In this document: positions 34,861-44,815 of the stretch, piece by piece
Position numbering within the stretch: position 1 is the first letter of the stretch
Layout: each line of letters starts with the position of its first letter
Notes under the pieces: generated by a model
What the model saw: only the letters and a program-made list of their open reading frames with translations
Databases searched by the model: none
Told to the model about the DNA's origin: nothing
Program-made: the position numbers and the translations under genes
Assembly (NCBI GenBank): GCA_964550165.1
Contig: CAZJYC010000001.1
Location: forward strand, 71,021 to 135,020
DNA from: an uncultured Eubacteriales bacterium
GTDB taxonomy: Bacteria > Acidobacteriota > Aminicenantia > Aminicenantales > Aminicenantaceae
DNA length: 64,000 bases
Direction of reading: 5' to 3'

Positions 34861-36930
34861 ATGCAGAGAGCAATCACCAGAATCAAAAAGAGAGATGGGA
34901 GTATCGCTGATTTTGTTCAGGATAAAATTACCACTGCCGTTTACAAAGCCATGGAATCCCACGGAATCACAGATCGCAGCCTAGCCAAAACAGTTTCCGA
35001 TATTGTGACCTTTATGCTCGAGGATAAGTTCGCAGGTTACACCATTCCCTCTGTGGAGCAGATTCAGGACATCGTGGAAATGGTTCTCATGAAGCAGGGC
35101 TATCATGAGATTGCAAAGTCCTACATTCTCTACCGGGAAAGACACAAAGAGATCAGAGAAGCAAGAGAGACAGGCATCAACCTGGTGAGGCTGATCAAGG
35201 ATTACATCAACGATATAGACTGGAAGATTAGAGAAAACTCCAATGAAGGCGTGACGAGCTTTTCTGGCCTCAACGCTAGAATTTCCGGTGAAGTCCTCAC
35301 CAATTTTGCCCTCAACCAGCTTTATTCAGAAAAAGTCAAGAAAGCCCATCAGGAAGGAGATTTCCATCTCCATGACCTTTCCTACCCCATCGTCGCCTAT
35401 TGCGCGGGTTGGTCACTGGATAAGCTTCTCCGAAAAGGATTTGGGCATGTGCCCAATCAAGTTCACTCTTCTCCAGCCAAGCATCTGGAAACAGCAACCC
35501 TGCACATGGTGAATTTTATCGGGACGATGCAGGGGGAGTTTGCCGGAGCTCAGGCTTTTTCCAGTGTGGATACACTTCTGGCTCCCTTTGTCCGAGCCGA
35601 TCGACTGGACTACGACCGGGTCAAGCAGGATATCCAGAAGCTCATCTATGGTCTGAATGTTCCTTCGCGCTGGGGATGGCAGACTCCTTTCTCCAACTTG
35701 ACTTTTGATTGGACAATTCCCGCAGACATGAAAGACAAGCCTGTTGTCGTCGGAGGGGAAGAGCTCGATTCGACTTATGGCGAGTACCAGGAAGAGATGG
35801 ACATGATCAACAGAGCTTTTCTGGAGCTGATGAGAGAGGGAGACCAGCAAGGACGTGTTTTCACTTTTCCCATTCCCACCTATAACCTGACCGAAGATTT
35901 CAACTGGGACGCTCGCAACGCCAATCTCCTTTTTGAAGTCACAGCCAAATACGGAATTCCGTATTTTCAGAATTATCTCGGAACAGGTCTGAATCCCGGC
36001 GATATCCGGGCCATGTGTTGCCGCTTGAACCTGGACCAGAGAGAGATCCTGAGAAGGCCTGGCAATATCTGGGGCCCCGGGGATTCCACCGGTTCGATCG
36101 GAGTGGTGACCCTCAACATGAATAGAATCGGCTATGAATCCAGCTCCCGGCCAGAGTTTTTCGAGAGGCTGAAAAATATCATGGTCTTGGCGAAGCAATC
36201 GCTTGAGACAAAGCGCGAAGTCATCAACAACATGATGACCAAAGGTCTTGTCCCTTACACCCTGAACTATCTGGGCCATTTTGATAACCATTTTTCGACC
36301 ATAGGTGTTTGCGGCATGCATGAGTGCTGCCTGAATCTTCTCGGGAAGGGCATCGGCACTCCGGAGGGAAAAGAGTTTACATTAGAGGTTCTCAACTTCA
36401 TGAGAGAGACCATCCGCGAGTTCCAGGAAGAGACAGGGAATCTTTATAATTTGGAAGCAACGCCAGCCGAATCGACATCATACCGTCTGGCAAGGCTGGA
36501 TAAGGAGAAGTACCATAACATTATCACTTCAGGGACAGAGAAGCACCCCTATCTGACGAATTCGACCCAGTTGAATGTGGATTCGACCCGGGATATCTTT
36601 GAAGCTCTGGAGCATCAGAAGGATATTCAGCCCCTGTATACGGGCGGGACTATCTTCCATGGCTTCCTTCCAGAAGCCATTGACAGGGAGACGTGTAAGA
36701 AATTGGTGTGCAAGATCGCTGAGACGAGAATTCCCTATTTCAGCCTCACCCCGACTTTCAGCGTGTGTTACAATCACGGCTATATCAGGGGCGAATCCCA
36801 GAAATGCCCGAAATGCGGCCAGGCGACCGAGGTCTATTCCCGGATCGTAGGGTACTTGAGGCCGGTCAGAACCTGGAACGACGGCAAACAGCAGGAATTC
36901 AAGGATAGAACACCATACCAAATTAGCTAA
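34861..36930 (+). CDS. nrdD: Anaerobic ribonucleoside-triphosphate reductase (class III)
   Basis: N-terminal ATP-cone, glycyl-radical motif SRIVGYLRP, and a C-terminal Zn ribbon CPKCG. Confidence 0.9.
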   Translation: MQRAITRIKKRDGSIADFVQDKITTAVYKAMESHGITDRSLAKTVSDIVTFMLEDKFAGYTIPSVEQIQDIVEMVLMKQGYHEIAKSYILYRERHKEIREARETGINLVRLIKDYINDIDWKIRENSNEGVTSFSGLNARISGEVLTNFALNQLYSEKVKKAHQEGDFHLHDLSYPIVAYCAGWSLDKLLRKGFGHVPNQVHSSPAKHLETATLHMVNFIGTMQGEFAGAQAFSSVDTLLAPFVRADRLDYDRVKQDIQKLIYGLNVPSRWGWQTPFSNLTFDWTIPADMKDKPVVVGGEELDSTYGEYQEEMDMINRAFLELMREGDQQGRVFTFPIPTYNLTEDFNWDARNANLLFEVTAKYGIPYFQNYLGTGLNPGDIRAMCCRLNLDQREILRRPGNIWGPGDSTGSIGVVTLNMNRIGYESSSRPEFFERLKNIMVLAKQSLETKREVINNMMTKGLVPYTLNYLGHFDNHFSTIGVCGMHECCLNLLGKGIGTPEGKEFTLEVLNFMRETIREFQEETGNLYNLEATPAESTSYRLARLDKEKYHNIITSGTEKHPYLTNSTQLNVDSTRDIFEALEHQKDIQPLYTGGTIFHGFLPEAIDRETCKKLVCKIAETRIPYFSLTPTFSVCYNHGYIRGESQKCPKCGQATEVYSRIVGYLRPVRTWNDGKQQEFKDRTPYQIS

Positions 36931-36933
36931 GAG

Positions 36934-37200
36934 ATGAGATATCTTCTTTTCACTTACCCCAGCTGCCCGAGGTGTGATGAACTCAAGAAGACTCTCGAAG
37001 AGACGGACTTAGAAGGGGAGGAATACAACCTCAGCCAGAAAGAGAGCAAGCTGAGAATCCGGGAATTCTTGGGAGTTATCAGGCGTGACGATAAAAGGGG
37101 AATCATCATCCCGACTTTGGTCCTTCAGAAGGAAAAAGAGGTTGTCGCTGTGCTCAACACCCCCAAGGAGTTAGAGGATTGGTTGAGATCAAAGGATTAG
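36934..37200 (+). CDS. Glutaredoxin/NrdH-like small thioredoxin-fold protein
   Basis: 88 aa with a CPRC active site, located between nrdD and nrdG. Confidence 0.6.
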   Translation: MRYLLFTYPSCPRCDELKKTLEETDLEGEEYNLSQKESKLRIREFLGVIRRDDKRGIIIPTLVLQKEKEVVAVLNTPKELEDWLRSKD

Positions 37201-37877
37201 AGAAATTTGCCAGCAAGGATTTCGTCGGTCACATCTCCTCGACAGTGTTTTTGGGGGGATGCAATTTCCGGTGCCCCTTCTGCCACAACGCCGACCTGGT
37301 CTTGAGGCCTGAGACGCTGCCCACCTTTCCTTTGGATTATTTCATCGGCTATCTCGATAAAAGAAGAGGCTGGCTTGAGGGAATCTGCGTTTCTGGAGGA
37401 GAGCCTCTCATCCATGATGATTTGGAGGTGGTGCTTGCCCTGATCAAAGAACGCAAGCTTCTGGTCAAAGTTGACACCAACGGTTCCTTTCCCTCCAGGT
37501 TAGAAGAGCTCATCAGGAAGAAACTCATCGACCATATCGCTATGGATGTCAAAGCTCCGCTGGAACGGTACAGAGAAGTCACTCGCTCCGCGGTGAGAGA
37601 GCAGGATATTGCGCAGAGCGTCGCCATTATCAGGAACTCTGGCCTTGAATATGTTTTTCGAACCACAGCCGTTCCAGGCCTGGTGGGACATGAAGACATC
37701 CAAAAGATCGGCGAGATGCTCAAAGGGGCCAGGCTTTTCCAGCTCCAGCAATTTCATTCCCAGAACACCATCGATAGCCAGTACCTTCAGAGAAAACCTT
37801 ACAGCAGCCAGGAGCTCCAAGATTTGGCCAGGGCCGCAGAGCCTTATTTTGGACAAGTCAGGATTGAGGGTGTCTGA
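37179..37877 (+). CDS. nrdG: Anaerobic ribonucleotide reductase activating protein (radical SAM)
   Basis: CNFRCPFCHN (CxxxCxxC) cluster and SGGEP motif; overlaps the preceding gene. Confidence 0.85.
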   Translation: MVEIKGLEKFASKDFVGHISSTVFLGGCNFRCPFCHNADLVLRPETLPTFPLDYFIGYLDKRRGWLEGICVSGGEPLIHDDLEVVLALIKERKLLVKVDTNGSFPSRLEELIRKKLIDHIAMDVKAPLERYREVTRSAVREQDIAQSVAIIRNSGLEYVFRTTAVPGLVGHEDIQKIGEMLKGARLFQLQQFHSQNTIDSQYLQRKPYSSQELQDLARAAEPYFGQVRIEGV

Positions 37878-37880
37878 GGC

Positions 37881-38303
37881 ATGGAACTCAAGGTGAAGAG
37901 AGTCAGTCGGGAAGCCAGGCTTCCTTCCTATCATCATCGAGGCGATGCGGGGCTGGATATTTTCTCGGCGATGGATTGCGTTCTGAAGCCCGGCGAAGTG
38001 CAAGCCGTCCTGACAGGCATCAAAGTCGCTATTCCTGAAGGATTTGTGGGGCTCGTTTGGGATAAGAGCGGGATCTCCCTCAAGGGAATCCACAGGCTGG
38101 CAGGTGTTATCGACTCGGGTTACCGGGGGGAAGTTAAGGTGGTCATGGCCAATCTGGGTGAAGAGCCTTTTGTCATCGAAAAAGGAATGAAGATCGCCCA
38201 GCTTCTCGTCCAGCCGGTGGTCGAAGTCCAGGTCGTGGAAACTGATGATCTGGGAGGCACCCCGCGCGGAGAAGCAGGCTTTGGAAGCACTGGAAAATAT
38301 TAG
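37881..38303 (+). CDS. dut: dUTP diphosphatase
   Basis: Motifs GAGFGSTG, DSGYRGE and RLPSYHHRGDAGLD; 140 aa. Confidence 0.85.
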   Translation: MELKVKRVSREARLPSYHHRGDAGLDIFSAMDCVLKPGEVQAVLTGIKVAIPEGFVGLVWDKSGISLKGIHRLAGVIDSGYRGEVKVVMANLGEEPFVIEKGMKIAQLLVQPVVEVQVVETDDLGGTPRGEAGFGSTGKY

Positions 38304-38414
38304 CTTCAGTTAGCTTTCGGATTTGGAAAATCCTTTTCCCACTCTCAATGTTCCCAAAATCTTTCTCCAGGATTGATGGCTTCTAAGGAATAGCTCTCGA
38401 TTTTCGAGCTGGCC

Positions 38415-39161
38415 TTGCTTATAATGAGGACGATGAAAAGCCCGAGTCACAAAAAGCGATTCGACATCAAAAAGAGATTTGCGGTTGTTCTGGTTCATCC
38501 CGATCATCCCGAAAATATCGGACTCGTTGCTCGGAACATGAAGAACACGGGATTTGAGGAACTCAGGATCGTCCGTCCGACAGGCCTCGAGCAAAAAGCA
38601 TACAAAACTGCCGTTCATGCTGCAGACATTTTGGAGAAAGCTAAGATTTACTCAAAACTCAGTCAGGCCACTGAAGATTTGGACCTTGTTTTTGCCTCAA
38701 CCTCAAAGAAGAGGAAGAATTTTCCAGTCGTGCCTTTGGATGAAGCTGTCAAAAAAATGTTCAGCTTTCCCCCTTCGACGCGCATCGGCCTTCTCTTCGG
38801 GAATGAGAGAACAGGTTTGACATCCGAGGAGCTGCGCAGCTCCAATTTCTGTTTCACCATTCCTCAGGTATCCAGGCAGCCATCTTATAACCTCGCTTCT
38901 GCTGTTGTCCTGACTCTGTTCCACGTCTATTCTTATCACCCCAGCCATCGAGCGATCATTCACAAGAATCCTCTTTCGCGAAAAGATCAGGAGAACTGCA
39001 TTTCTCTTATCCTTGAAAAGCTGGACAAGCGAGGGTTTATCCACCGGACAAACAGACTTCATATGACAGAGATGATCCATGACCTTTTCGGTCGGTTGGC
39101 GTTGACGGAGAAGGATAAAAGATTGCTTCTTGCTCTTTTTTCCAAAGCCACGAATGAATAA
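38415..39161 (+). CDS. SpoU/TrmH-class RNA 2'-O-methyltransferase, TrmJ-like
   Basis: ENIGLVARNMKNTGF and LLFGNERTGL motifs; about 245 aa. Confidence 0.7.
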   Translation: MLIMRTMKSPSHKKRFDIKKRFAVVLVHPDHPENIGLVARNMKNTGFEELRIVRPTGLEQKAYKTAVHAADILEKAKIYSKLSQATEDLDLVFASTSKKRKNFPVVPLDEAVKKMFSFPPSTRIGLLFGNERTGLTSEELRSSNFCFTIPQVSRQPSYNLASAVVLTLFHVYSYHPSHRAIIHKNPLSRKDQENCISLILEKLDKRGFIHRTNRLHMTEMIHDLFGRLALTEKDKRLLLALFSKATNE

Positions 39162-39291
39162 TGGTGCAAGAAATTGTGTGAGAGTATCATGCGGGTGACA
39201 AAAGGAAGTGTGGCCATCCGACGACGTTTTCTTCTTGCGTTTGTATTAGTATTTTGGGTCCGCTATTTTTGGTTGAAAAAGGAGAATCGCT

Positions 39292-39693
39292 ATGGACAAA
39301 GATTTGAAAGTGCGCTTCCCGGGCGGTGCGCGGGTGGATGTGGAATACAAAGGCTTTGTGATCAAAACCGACCAGCCCGTTTACTTTGGAGGAGAAGGTT
39401 CAGCTCCCGCTCCCTTTGACCTTTTTCTCGGCTCCATTGCCGCCTGTGTAGGATATTACGTCCTTGCTTTTTGCCAGAACCGGGAGATCCCCTACGAAAA
39501 AACGAGTGTAGTGATGAAAACAAAAAAGAATCCCGAGACCAAGAGGATCGATGAGATCTTGTTTGAGATTGGCCTTCCTCCGGAGTTTCCGGAAAAATAT
39601 AAAAATGCGGTGATCAAGACTGTTGACACCTGTTCGGTCAAAGCCCACATTGTCAAGCCGCCCGCCTTTGCCATAACAGTTACAATTGGCTGA
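39292..39693 (+). CDS. OsmC/Ohr family peroxiredoxin-like protein
   Basis: PAPFDLFLGSIAACVGYY motif; 133 aa. Confidence 0.75.
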   Translation: MDKDLKVRFPGGARVDVEYKGFVIKTDQPVYFGGEGSAPAPFDLFLGSIAACVGYYVLAFCQNREIPYEKTSVVMKTKKNPETKRIDEILFEIGLPPEFPEKYKNAVIKTVDTCSVKAHIVKPPAFAITVTIG

Positions 39694-39703
39694 TCGACCC
39701 CGT

Positions 39704-40702
39704 CTATCTCGAAGCCTGGGGCAGCCAGAGGTAATAAAAGCCGCTCTTCAAGGAACGGAGAATCTCTTCAAAGCTTTTCTCTTCGAAAAGCGTTCTGCTC
39801 TCCAGTTTTGTGGCATAGATGTTTGTCTTTCTTGAAGGATAATAGGTGTAGGCAATGACTTTGGCGTCTTTGAGGGAGGCGAGGGAAAGAGCCTTTTGGC
39901 GGGCCGAATCAAAATAGCCGATTTCATCGATAAGTTTTAATTTGTAAGCCTGGTGAGCCGTGTAGATCCGGCCATCGGCTATTTTTTTTAGCTCTTCCAT
40001 GGAAAGAACATTCTTTCGTTTTTGATAAACCACATCCAGGAACTTTTGATAGAGCTCATCCACAACCTCCTGAAAGATTTTTTTCTCATCCTCGGTCATC
40101 TCACGAAAAGTGCTTCCCGAGTCTTTCATCTCTCCCGACTTGACGATGTTCACTTTAACGCCGATTTTTGCAAAGAGCTCCTGGATGTTGGGGAAGATGG
40201 AGATGACTCCGATGCTTCCGGTGATTGTCGAAGGATGGGCGATTGTGAAGTCGCAGGCCGAGGCAATATAATAGCCTCCTGAAGCTGCGAGCCCCATCAT
40301 CATTCCCACCACTGGAATGCGCGTTTTTTCTTTGAACCGCAAAATTTCGCTGTAAAGAATGTCGCTGGTGGTGACTTCCCCTCCTGGCGTGTCCAGGCGG
40401 AGGATGATCGCCTTGACCTTATCGTCTTCAGACGCTTTCTCCAGCCTGTAGTAGACCTGAGAAAGTATATCTCCTTCTTTGGAAAAGAGGCCGGTGTTGA
40501 GGGAGCTGGTGATCATCCCTGAGATATCCAGAATAAGGATTTTTTCTTTGGCTTTGCTCTGGACAAGGGTGACCTCCTGAATTTTTTCCTTACCGAGAAA
40601 ATCGAGGTGAATGTGTGGTGCGCATGCGGACAGGATTAATGATAAAAAAATAATACTGACAAGACTTTTTTTCATCCTCTCCTCCTGAGTCTTTGGATTC
40701 AA
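39704..40702 (-). CDS. sppA: Signal peptide peptidase SppA (S49 family, 36K type)
   Basis: ClpP/crotonase-fold motifs GGEVTTSD and AASGGYYIASACD; signal peptide with lipobox LSAC. Confidence 0.75.
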   Translation of the reverse strand: MNPKTQEERMKKSLVSIIFLSLILSACAPHIHLDFLGKEKIQEVTLVQSKAKEKILILDISGMITSSLNTGLFSKEGDILSQVYYRLEKASEDDKVKAIILRLDTPGGEVTTSDILYSEILRFKEKTRIPVVGMMMGLAASGGYYIASACDFTIAHPSTITGSIGVISIFPNIQELFAKIGVKVNIVKSGEMKDSGSTFREMTEDEKKIFQEVVDELYQKFLDVVYQKRKNVLSMEELKKIADGRIYTAHQAYKLKLIDEIGYFDSARQKALSLASLKDAKVIAYTYYPSRKTNIYATKLESRTLFEEKSFEEILRSLKSGFYYLWLPQASR

Positions 40703-40762
40703 ACCGTTAGAAATTATATCATATCAAAATCAGCCAAGAGAAAGGAGATCTTTAAGAATGAG

Positions 40763-40945
40763 TAAGCATCTTTTTTCCGTGAAGGCCTATGATGATGAAT
40801 GCCAAATCTCACAGTGCTGGCTTCCATCCCTCCTCGCCAAAGACCCTCCCGCCCACCTCCATGGGCTTCGGAGGGACGGAAACCAGCACCTCCATTCCTC
40901 GCTCTATCAAATCTCTTTTTTCATCATGGGAAAAAAGATGCTTCC
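40763..40945. mobile_element. MITE-like element, copy 2: 183 bp with perfect 15-bp TIRs and a perfect 10-bp flanking direct repeat TAAGAATGAG
   Basis: The direct repeat lies at 40753-40762 and 40946-40955. The ends are TAAGCATCTTTTTTCC and GGAAAAAAGATGCTTCC. The interior matches copy 1. Confidence 0.7.
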
Positions 40946-40979
40946 TAAGAATGAGCAGCATTTGCTATCCTCTTAGATA

Positions 40980-41567
40980 ATGCAAAGTTTAATTGTCGCT
41001 GGCATCGATCTTGCCGGTGTCCCTCATCGTCCGAGCGGCTGGTGTCTCCTGAAAGGCTTGAAGGCAAAGACAGCACTTCTCTACTCGGATGAAGAAATCT
41101 TGAGCCAGGTTAAAAAGGAAAAGCCGGCCCTTGTGGCCATCGATGCTCCTTTGACTCTTCCTCCTGGACGGAAATCGATCCATGAAAGGACCGGTTCTCA
41201 CTTTCGTCCCTGTGACCAGGAATTGAGCCGGAGGAAAATTCGCTTTTTCCCGGTTACCCTGGGGCCGATGAGGGGCTTGACGGAGAGAGGCATAAAATTG
41301 CGAAGGGTGCTGGAGAGGGAAGGTTTTCAGGTTGTTGAGGTTTATCCGGGCGGAGCCCAGGACATCTGGAAAATTCCCCGTGTCAAACACAATCTTGCGG
41401 GGCTGCGTCGGGGCTTGAGGCGGCTGGGAATATCGGGCCTCAGGAAAGATTGCACCGGCCACGAGCTGGATGCGGCCACCGGCGCCCTTGTCGGTTTGCT
41501 TCACTTGCAGGGGAAAGCGGAAGTCTATGGAGACTTCACTCATGGAGGCATCATCATGCCGCGTTGA
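40980..41567 (+). CDS. DUF429-family protein, a predicted RNase H-like fold
   Basis: GIDLAG and ALVAIDAPLTLPPGR motifs; 195 aa. Confidence 0.5.
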   Translation: MQSLIVAGIDLAGVPHRPSGWCLLKGLKAKTALLYSDEEILSQVKKEKPALVAIDAPLTLPPGRKSIHERTGSHFRPCDQELSRRKIRFFPVTLGPMRGLTERGIKLRRVLEREGFQVVEVYPGGAQDIWKIPRVKHNLAGLRRGLRRLGISGLRKDCTGHELDAATGALVGLLHLQGKAEVYGDFTHGGIIMPR

Positions 41568-41581
41568 CCCAAATATCAGCA

Positions 41582-41746
41582 GAAAAGGGGACAGTCCCCT
41601 TTTTCTGCACCATGCCCGCTCAGCCTCCGCGTGCAAGCTTTTCAAGAGCGAACGCCGAAGGTCAAATCCTCAATGGTCGCTGCGGCTATCTCCCAAAATC
41701 TCTGGATATTCAGGGAGCAATCTTTTATCACGGAATTTGGGATGCA
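41582..41746. repeat. Mosaic intergenic repeat, copy B. The hairpin module is inverted and followed by the right-end module GCTATCTCCCAAAATCTCTGGATATTCAGGGAG...CACGGAATTTGGGATGCAT.
   Basis: CCATGCCCGCTCAGCC is the reverse complement of the block at 44677. Its tail matches 48890-48960. Confidence 0.7.
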
Positions 41747-41827
41747 TACTTTTCCTTATTTTTTATAGACCTTGGTTTGTTTTTTTAGTATTAATGGAGA
41801 ATAAAAAACATCGAGAAAGGAGGAGGA

Positions 41828-43033
41828 ATGCGCTTTAAAAGATTGGCTTTTTTCTTGATTGTCTTTGTCTTCGCGGCCCAATGCTTTTCTTTTTCTGAGG
41901 AAAAGTCCTCGTCGCTGCTCGATAACCTGGCCCAGCTGAAGAACTATCAGTCGAAAAGAATTTCAAGCTTTGACCGCAGCGGGAAGAATGCTGACCGGCT
42001 GGTGATTCAGCCCGGAGAGGCGGCTGAGATCGCCCGCATCGACGGAGCCGGAATCATCAAGCACATCTGGATCACCATTTCCTCGAAAGACCCGATGCTG
42101 CGGCGCAATGCCGTGTTGCGGATGTACTGGGACAACGAGACAAACCCCAGCGTCGAGTGTCCCATCGGAGATTTCTTCGGCCAGGGATGGGGGGAAAAAT
42201 ATTCCCTGATAACTCTTCCTCTGGCTTCAGCCCCCAAAGACGGGAATGCTCTCAACTGCTATTTCCCCATGCCCTTCAGCGATGGCGCCCTGATCACAGT
42301 CGAGAATCAGTCCTCAGAGCCGATCAATGCCTTCTATTACTACATCGATTACGAAAAGCATGATTCCATCAATCCTGACCTGGGACGGTTCCATGCCTTC
42401 TGGAACAGAGAATGGACAGAGCCTCTCCCCGAAGGAGAGAACGAGTGGAGTGTTCTGGGGCCTCAAGGCGCCACCACGGATGGCGCGGGAAATTATGTCT
42501 TCGCCGATATCGAAGGCAAAGGCCATTTTGTCGGCGTCAATTATTATGTGGACAGTCCCACTCCTATCTGGTACGGAGAAGGTGACGACATGTTTTTCAT
42601 CGACGGCGAGAAATGGCCTCCGTCGCTTCACGGCACAGGGACAGAGGATTTCTTCAACTCGTCCTGGTCGCCAACGGAAATCTACATGCATCCTTATTTT
42701 GGATACGCCCGGGTCAACAACGAAACCGGCTGGCTGGGACGAACGCACTGCTACCGCTTTTTCCTTGAATCTCCGATCGCTTTCCAGAAAGCGCTCAAAG
42801 CCACTATCGAGTATGGACATAACAATTGCCTGACTCTTGACCTGGTCACCGTGGCTTACTGGTACCAGAATGAGCCCCACAAGCCTTTTCCCAAATTGAG
42901 ACCCAAAGAGGAGCGGCAGAATATGCCCCCCATCGGTCCTGTGGAAATGCACAGATGGCGGGATGCCTGGCGCAAAGCGCTGGGGAGCGGGAAACTCTGG
43001 GGAAATGAGAGAAAGGAAGAAAAGGATAAATAA
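41828..43033 (+). CDS. Secreted DUF2961-family protein, putative glycoside-hydrolase-like
   Basis: Signal peptide plus HGTGTEDFF and WYGEGDDMFFIDGE motifs. Confidence 0.5.
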   Translation: MRFKRLAFFLIVFVFAAQCFSFSEEKSSSLLDNLAQLKNYQSKRISSFDRSGKNADRLVIQPGEAAEIARIDGAGIIKHIWITISSKDPMLRRNAVLRMYWDNETNPSVECPIGDFFGQGWGEKYSLITLPLASAPKDGNALNCYFPMPFSDGALITVENQSSEPINAFYYYIDYEKHDSINPDLGRFHAFWNREWTEPLPEGENEWSVLGPQGATTDGAGNYVFADIEGKGHFVGVNYYVDSPTPIWYGEGDDMFFIDGEKWPPSLHGTGTEDFFNSSWSPTEIYMHPYFGYARVNNETGWLGRTHCYRFFLESPIAFQKALKATIEYGHNNCLTLDLVTVAYWYQNEPHKPFPKLRPKEERQNMPPIGPVEMHRWRDAWRKALGSGKLWGNERKEEKDK

Positions 43034-43053
43034 ATAACGAAAGGAATTGATCC

Positions 43054-44541
43054 ATGAAAAACAAAATGAAATGGCTAGCCCTGGGTTCGATTGTTCTGGC
43101 CTGTCTTTTCCTGACTCAGGGGCTGAGGAGCGAGACGAGAGGAGTGGAGAGCGGCCAGCGCTATGACAGGCTGGTGATCAGGAATGTTGTTGTTATCGAC
43201 GGCAAGGGCACGCCGCCGAGAGGCCCGATGGACATCATCGTCGAAGGGAATACGATTCGGTCCGTGCGCCCTGCAAGCCGAGCCGAGAATGCCTACCAGC
43301 AGGAAAAGCATGTTCTTGATGGGACGGGAATGTATTGTCTTCCCGGGCTGATCAACATCCATGCCCATCTTCACGACAGCCGGGCCGGTCAGGCCCTTCC
43401 CTTCGAGTATGTCTGCAAGCTCTGGCTGGCCTGCGGCATAACTTCTGTCCGGGACGTGGGCAGCAATTATCAGAAGACGATTGAGGAGCGCCGCAAGAGC
43501 CTGGAAGGTCTGATCGCAGCGCCCCGCATCTTCCTCTACATGAGCGCCTGGGGAAGGACGGCGGATGAAATTCGGAAGAGAGTCCAGGAGATCAAAAAGC
43601 TCAACGGCGATGGTGTGAAGATTTTTGGGCTGGACCGGGATATCATGAAAGCCGCCCTGGAGGAGGCCCATAAGCTTGGCCTCCGGGTCGCCCATCATGT
43701 CGGGGTTGAGGAAACAGACGCCTGGGATGATGCCGAATTTGGAGTGACCAGCATCGAGCACTGGTACGGAGTGCCGGATGCCGCCCTCCATGGGTCCCAG
43801 AATTTTCCCTGCTGGTATAACTACGACAATGAGAGCGACCGCTTCCGCTATGCTGGGCACCTCTGGCGGGAAGCCGTCCCCGAGAAGCTGGACAAGGTTT
43901 TGAAAATGCTGGTGGAGAAGCGAGTAGCCTGGTGCCCAACCTTTGTGATTTACGAGGCAAACCGGGATTTGCTCAGGGCCATGAACCAGCCCTGGTTCAG
44001 GGATTACCTTCATCCAGCCCTTGAGGAATATTTCAGGCCTAATCCCCGCTATCACGGATCCTATCATTGGGACTGGACAACAACGGATGAGGTCTTCTGG
44101 AAGGAAAACTACAGAATCTGGATGGCCGCAGTCCGGAAATTTGCTGAATTGGGAGGTGTGGTGGGTGTGGGGGAGGACGCCGGCTTTATCTACATGCTCT
44201 ACGGCTTCGGAGTTATCCGGGAGCTGGAGCTCCACCAGGAGGCGGGCTTTCATCCCATCGATGTCATCCAGAACGCTACCGGCAATAACGCCAAGATCTT
44301 GGGCGTGGAAGAGAGGCTGGGCCGAATCCGCGAGGGCTACCTCGCCGACCTTATCCTCGTCGACGAGAATCCGCTGGAGAATCTGAAATTTCTCTATCCG
44401 ACTGGCGCTCCCTATTTGAAGGAAGGGAAGTTGATCACCAGGGGCGGAGTGAAATGGACGATCAAGGATGGCTTTGTCTACCACGCTCCGACAATGCTCG
44501 AAGACGTGAAGACCATTGTGACCCAAGCCAAGCAGAAATGA
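43054..44541 (+). CDS. Secreted metal-dependent amidohydrolase-family protein
   Basis: Signal peptide, HxH motif INIHAHLH, and a C-terminal LADLILVD segment. Confidence 0.65.
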   Translation: MKNKMKWLALGSIVLACLFLTQGLRSETRGVESGQRYDRLVIRNVVVIDGKGTPPRGPMDIIVEGNTIRSVRPASRAENAYQQEKHVLDGTGMYCLPGLINIHAHLHDSRAGQALPFEYVCKLWLACGITSVRDVGSNYQKTIEERRKSLEGLIAAPRIFLYMSAWGRTADEIRKRVQEIKKLNGDGVKIFGLDRDIMKAALEEAHKLGLRVAHHVGVEETDAWDDAEFGVTSIEHWYGVPDAALHGSQNFPCWYNYDNESDRFRYAGHLWREAVPEKLDKVLKMLVEKRVAWCPTFVIYEANRDLLRAMNQPWFRDYLHPALEEYFRPNPRYHGSYHWDWTTTDEVFWKENYRIWMAAVRKFAELGGVVGVGEDAGFIYMLYGFGVIRELELHQEAGFHPIDVIQNATGNNAKILGVEERLGRIREGYLADLILVDENPLENLKFLYPTGAPYLKEGKLITRGGVKWTIKDGFVYHAPTMLEDVKTIVTQAKQK

Positions 44542-44640
44542 TGAAACGAAGCCCGATATCTTCTGGGGAAGAAAACAATTTTCTCTTTTATCGCGCAAGC
44601 AGAAATAGCTCGCTTCCTTGACTTCTTAAATATTATCATC

Positions 44641-44815
44641 TGGCGAAGGCCAGCGGGTGAAAAAGCCGTTTGAAGGCTGAGCGGGCATGGTTCAGAAAAA
44701 GGGGACTGTCCCTTTTTCTGTGACCTTTTTCTGTGAGCGAAGCCTGAAACCGAGCCGTTTTTACCTCGCTGGGGGAAAAGCGGCGTGCTTTTAAACCCGC
44801 TGGCCTGAGCTTTTC
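44641..44815. repeat. Mosaic intergenic repeat, copy D
   Basis: TGGCGAAGGC...GAAGGCTGAGCGGGCATGGTTCAG, then the AAAAAGGGGACTGTCCCTTTTTCTG hairpin, then the GAGCGAAGCCTGAAACCGAGCCG module. It overlaps the last codons of the lipid-kinase gene. Confidence 0.7.

Noticed and set aside
35413-36321. 302-aa minus-strand ORF inside nrdD
   Set aside because: Antisense to a gene carrying glycyl-radical and ATP-cone motifs.
43075-44598. 507-aa minus-strand ORF opposite the amidohydrolase gene
   Set aside because: The plus strand has a signal peptide and the HxH metal motif. The minus-strand product is Gly/Pro/Asp-rich with no motifs.
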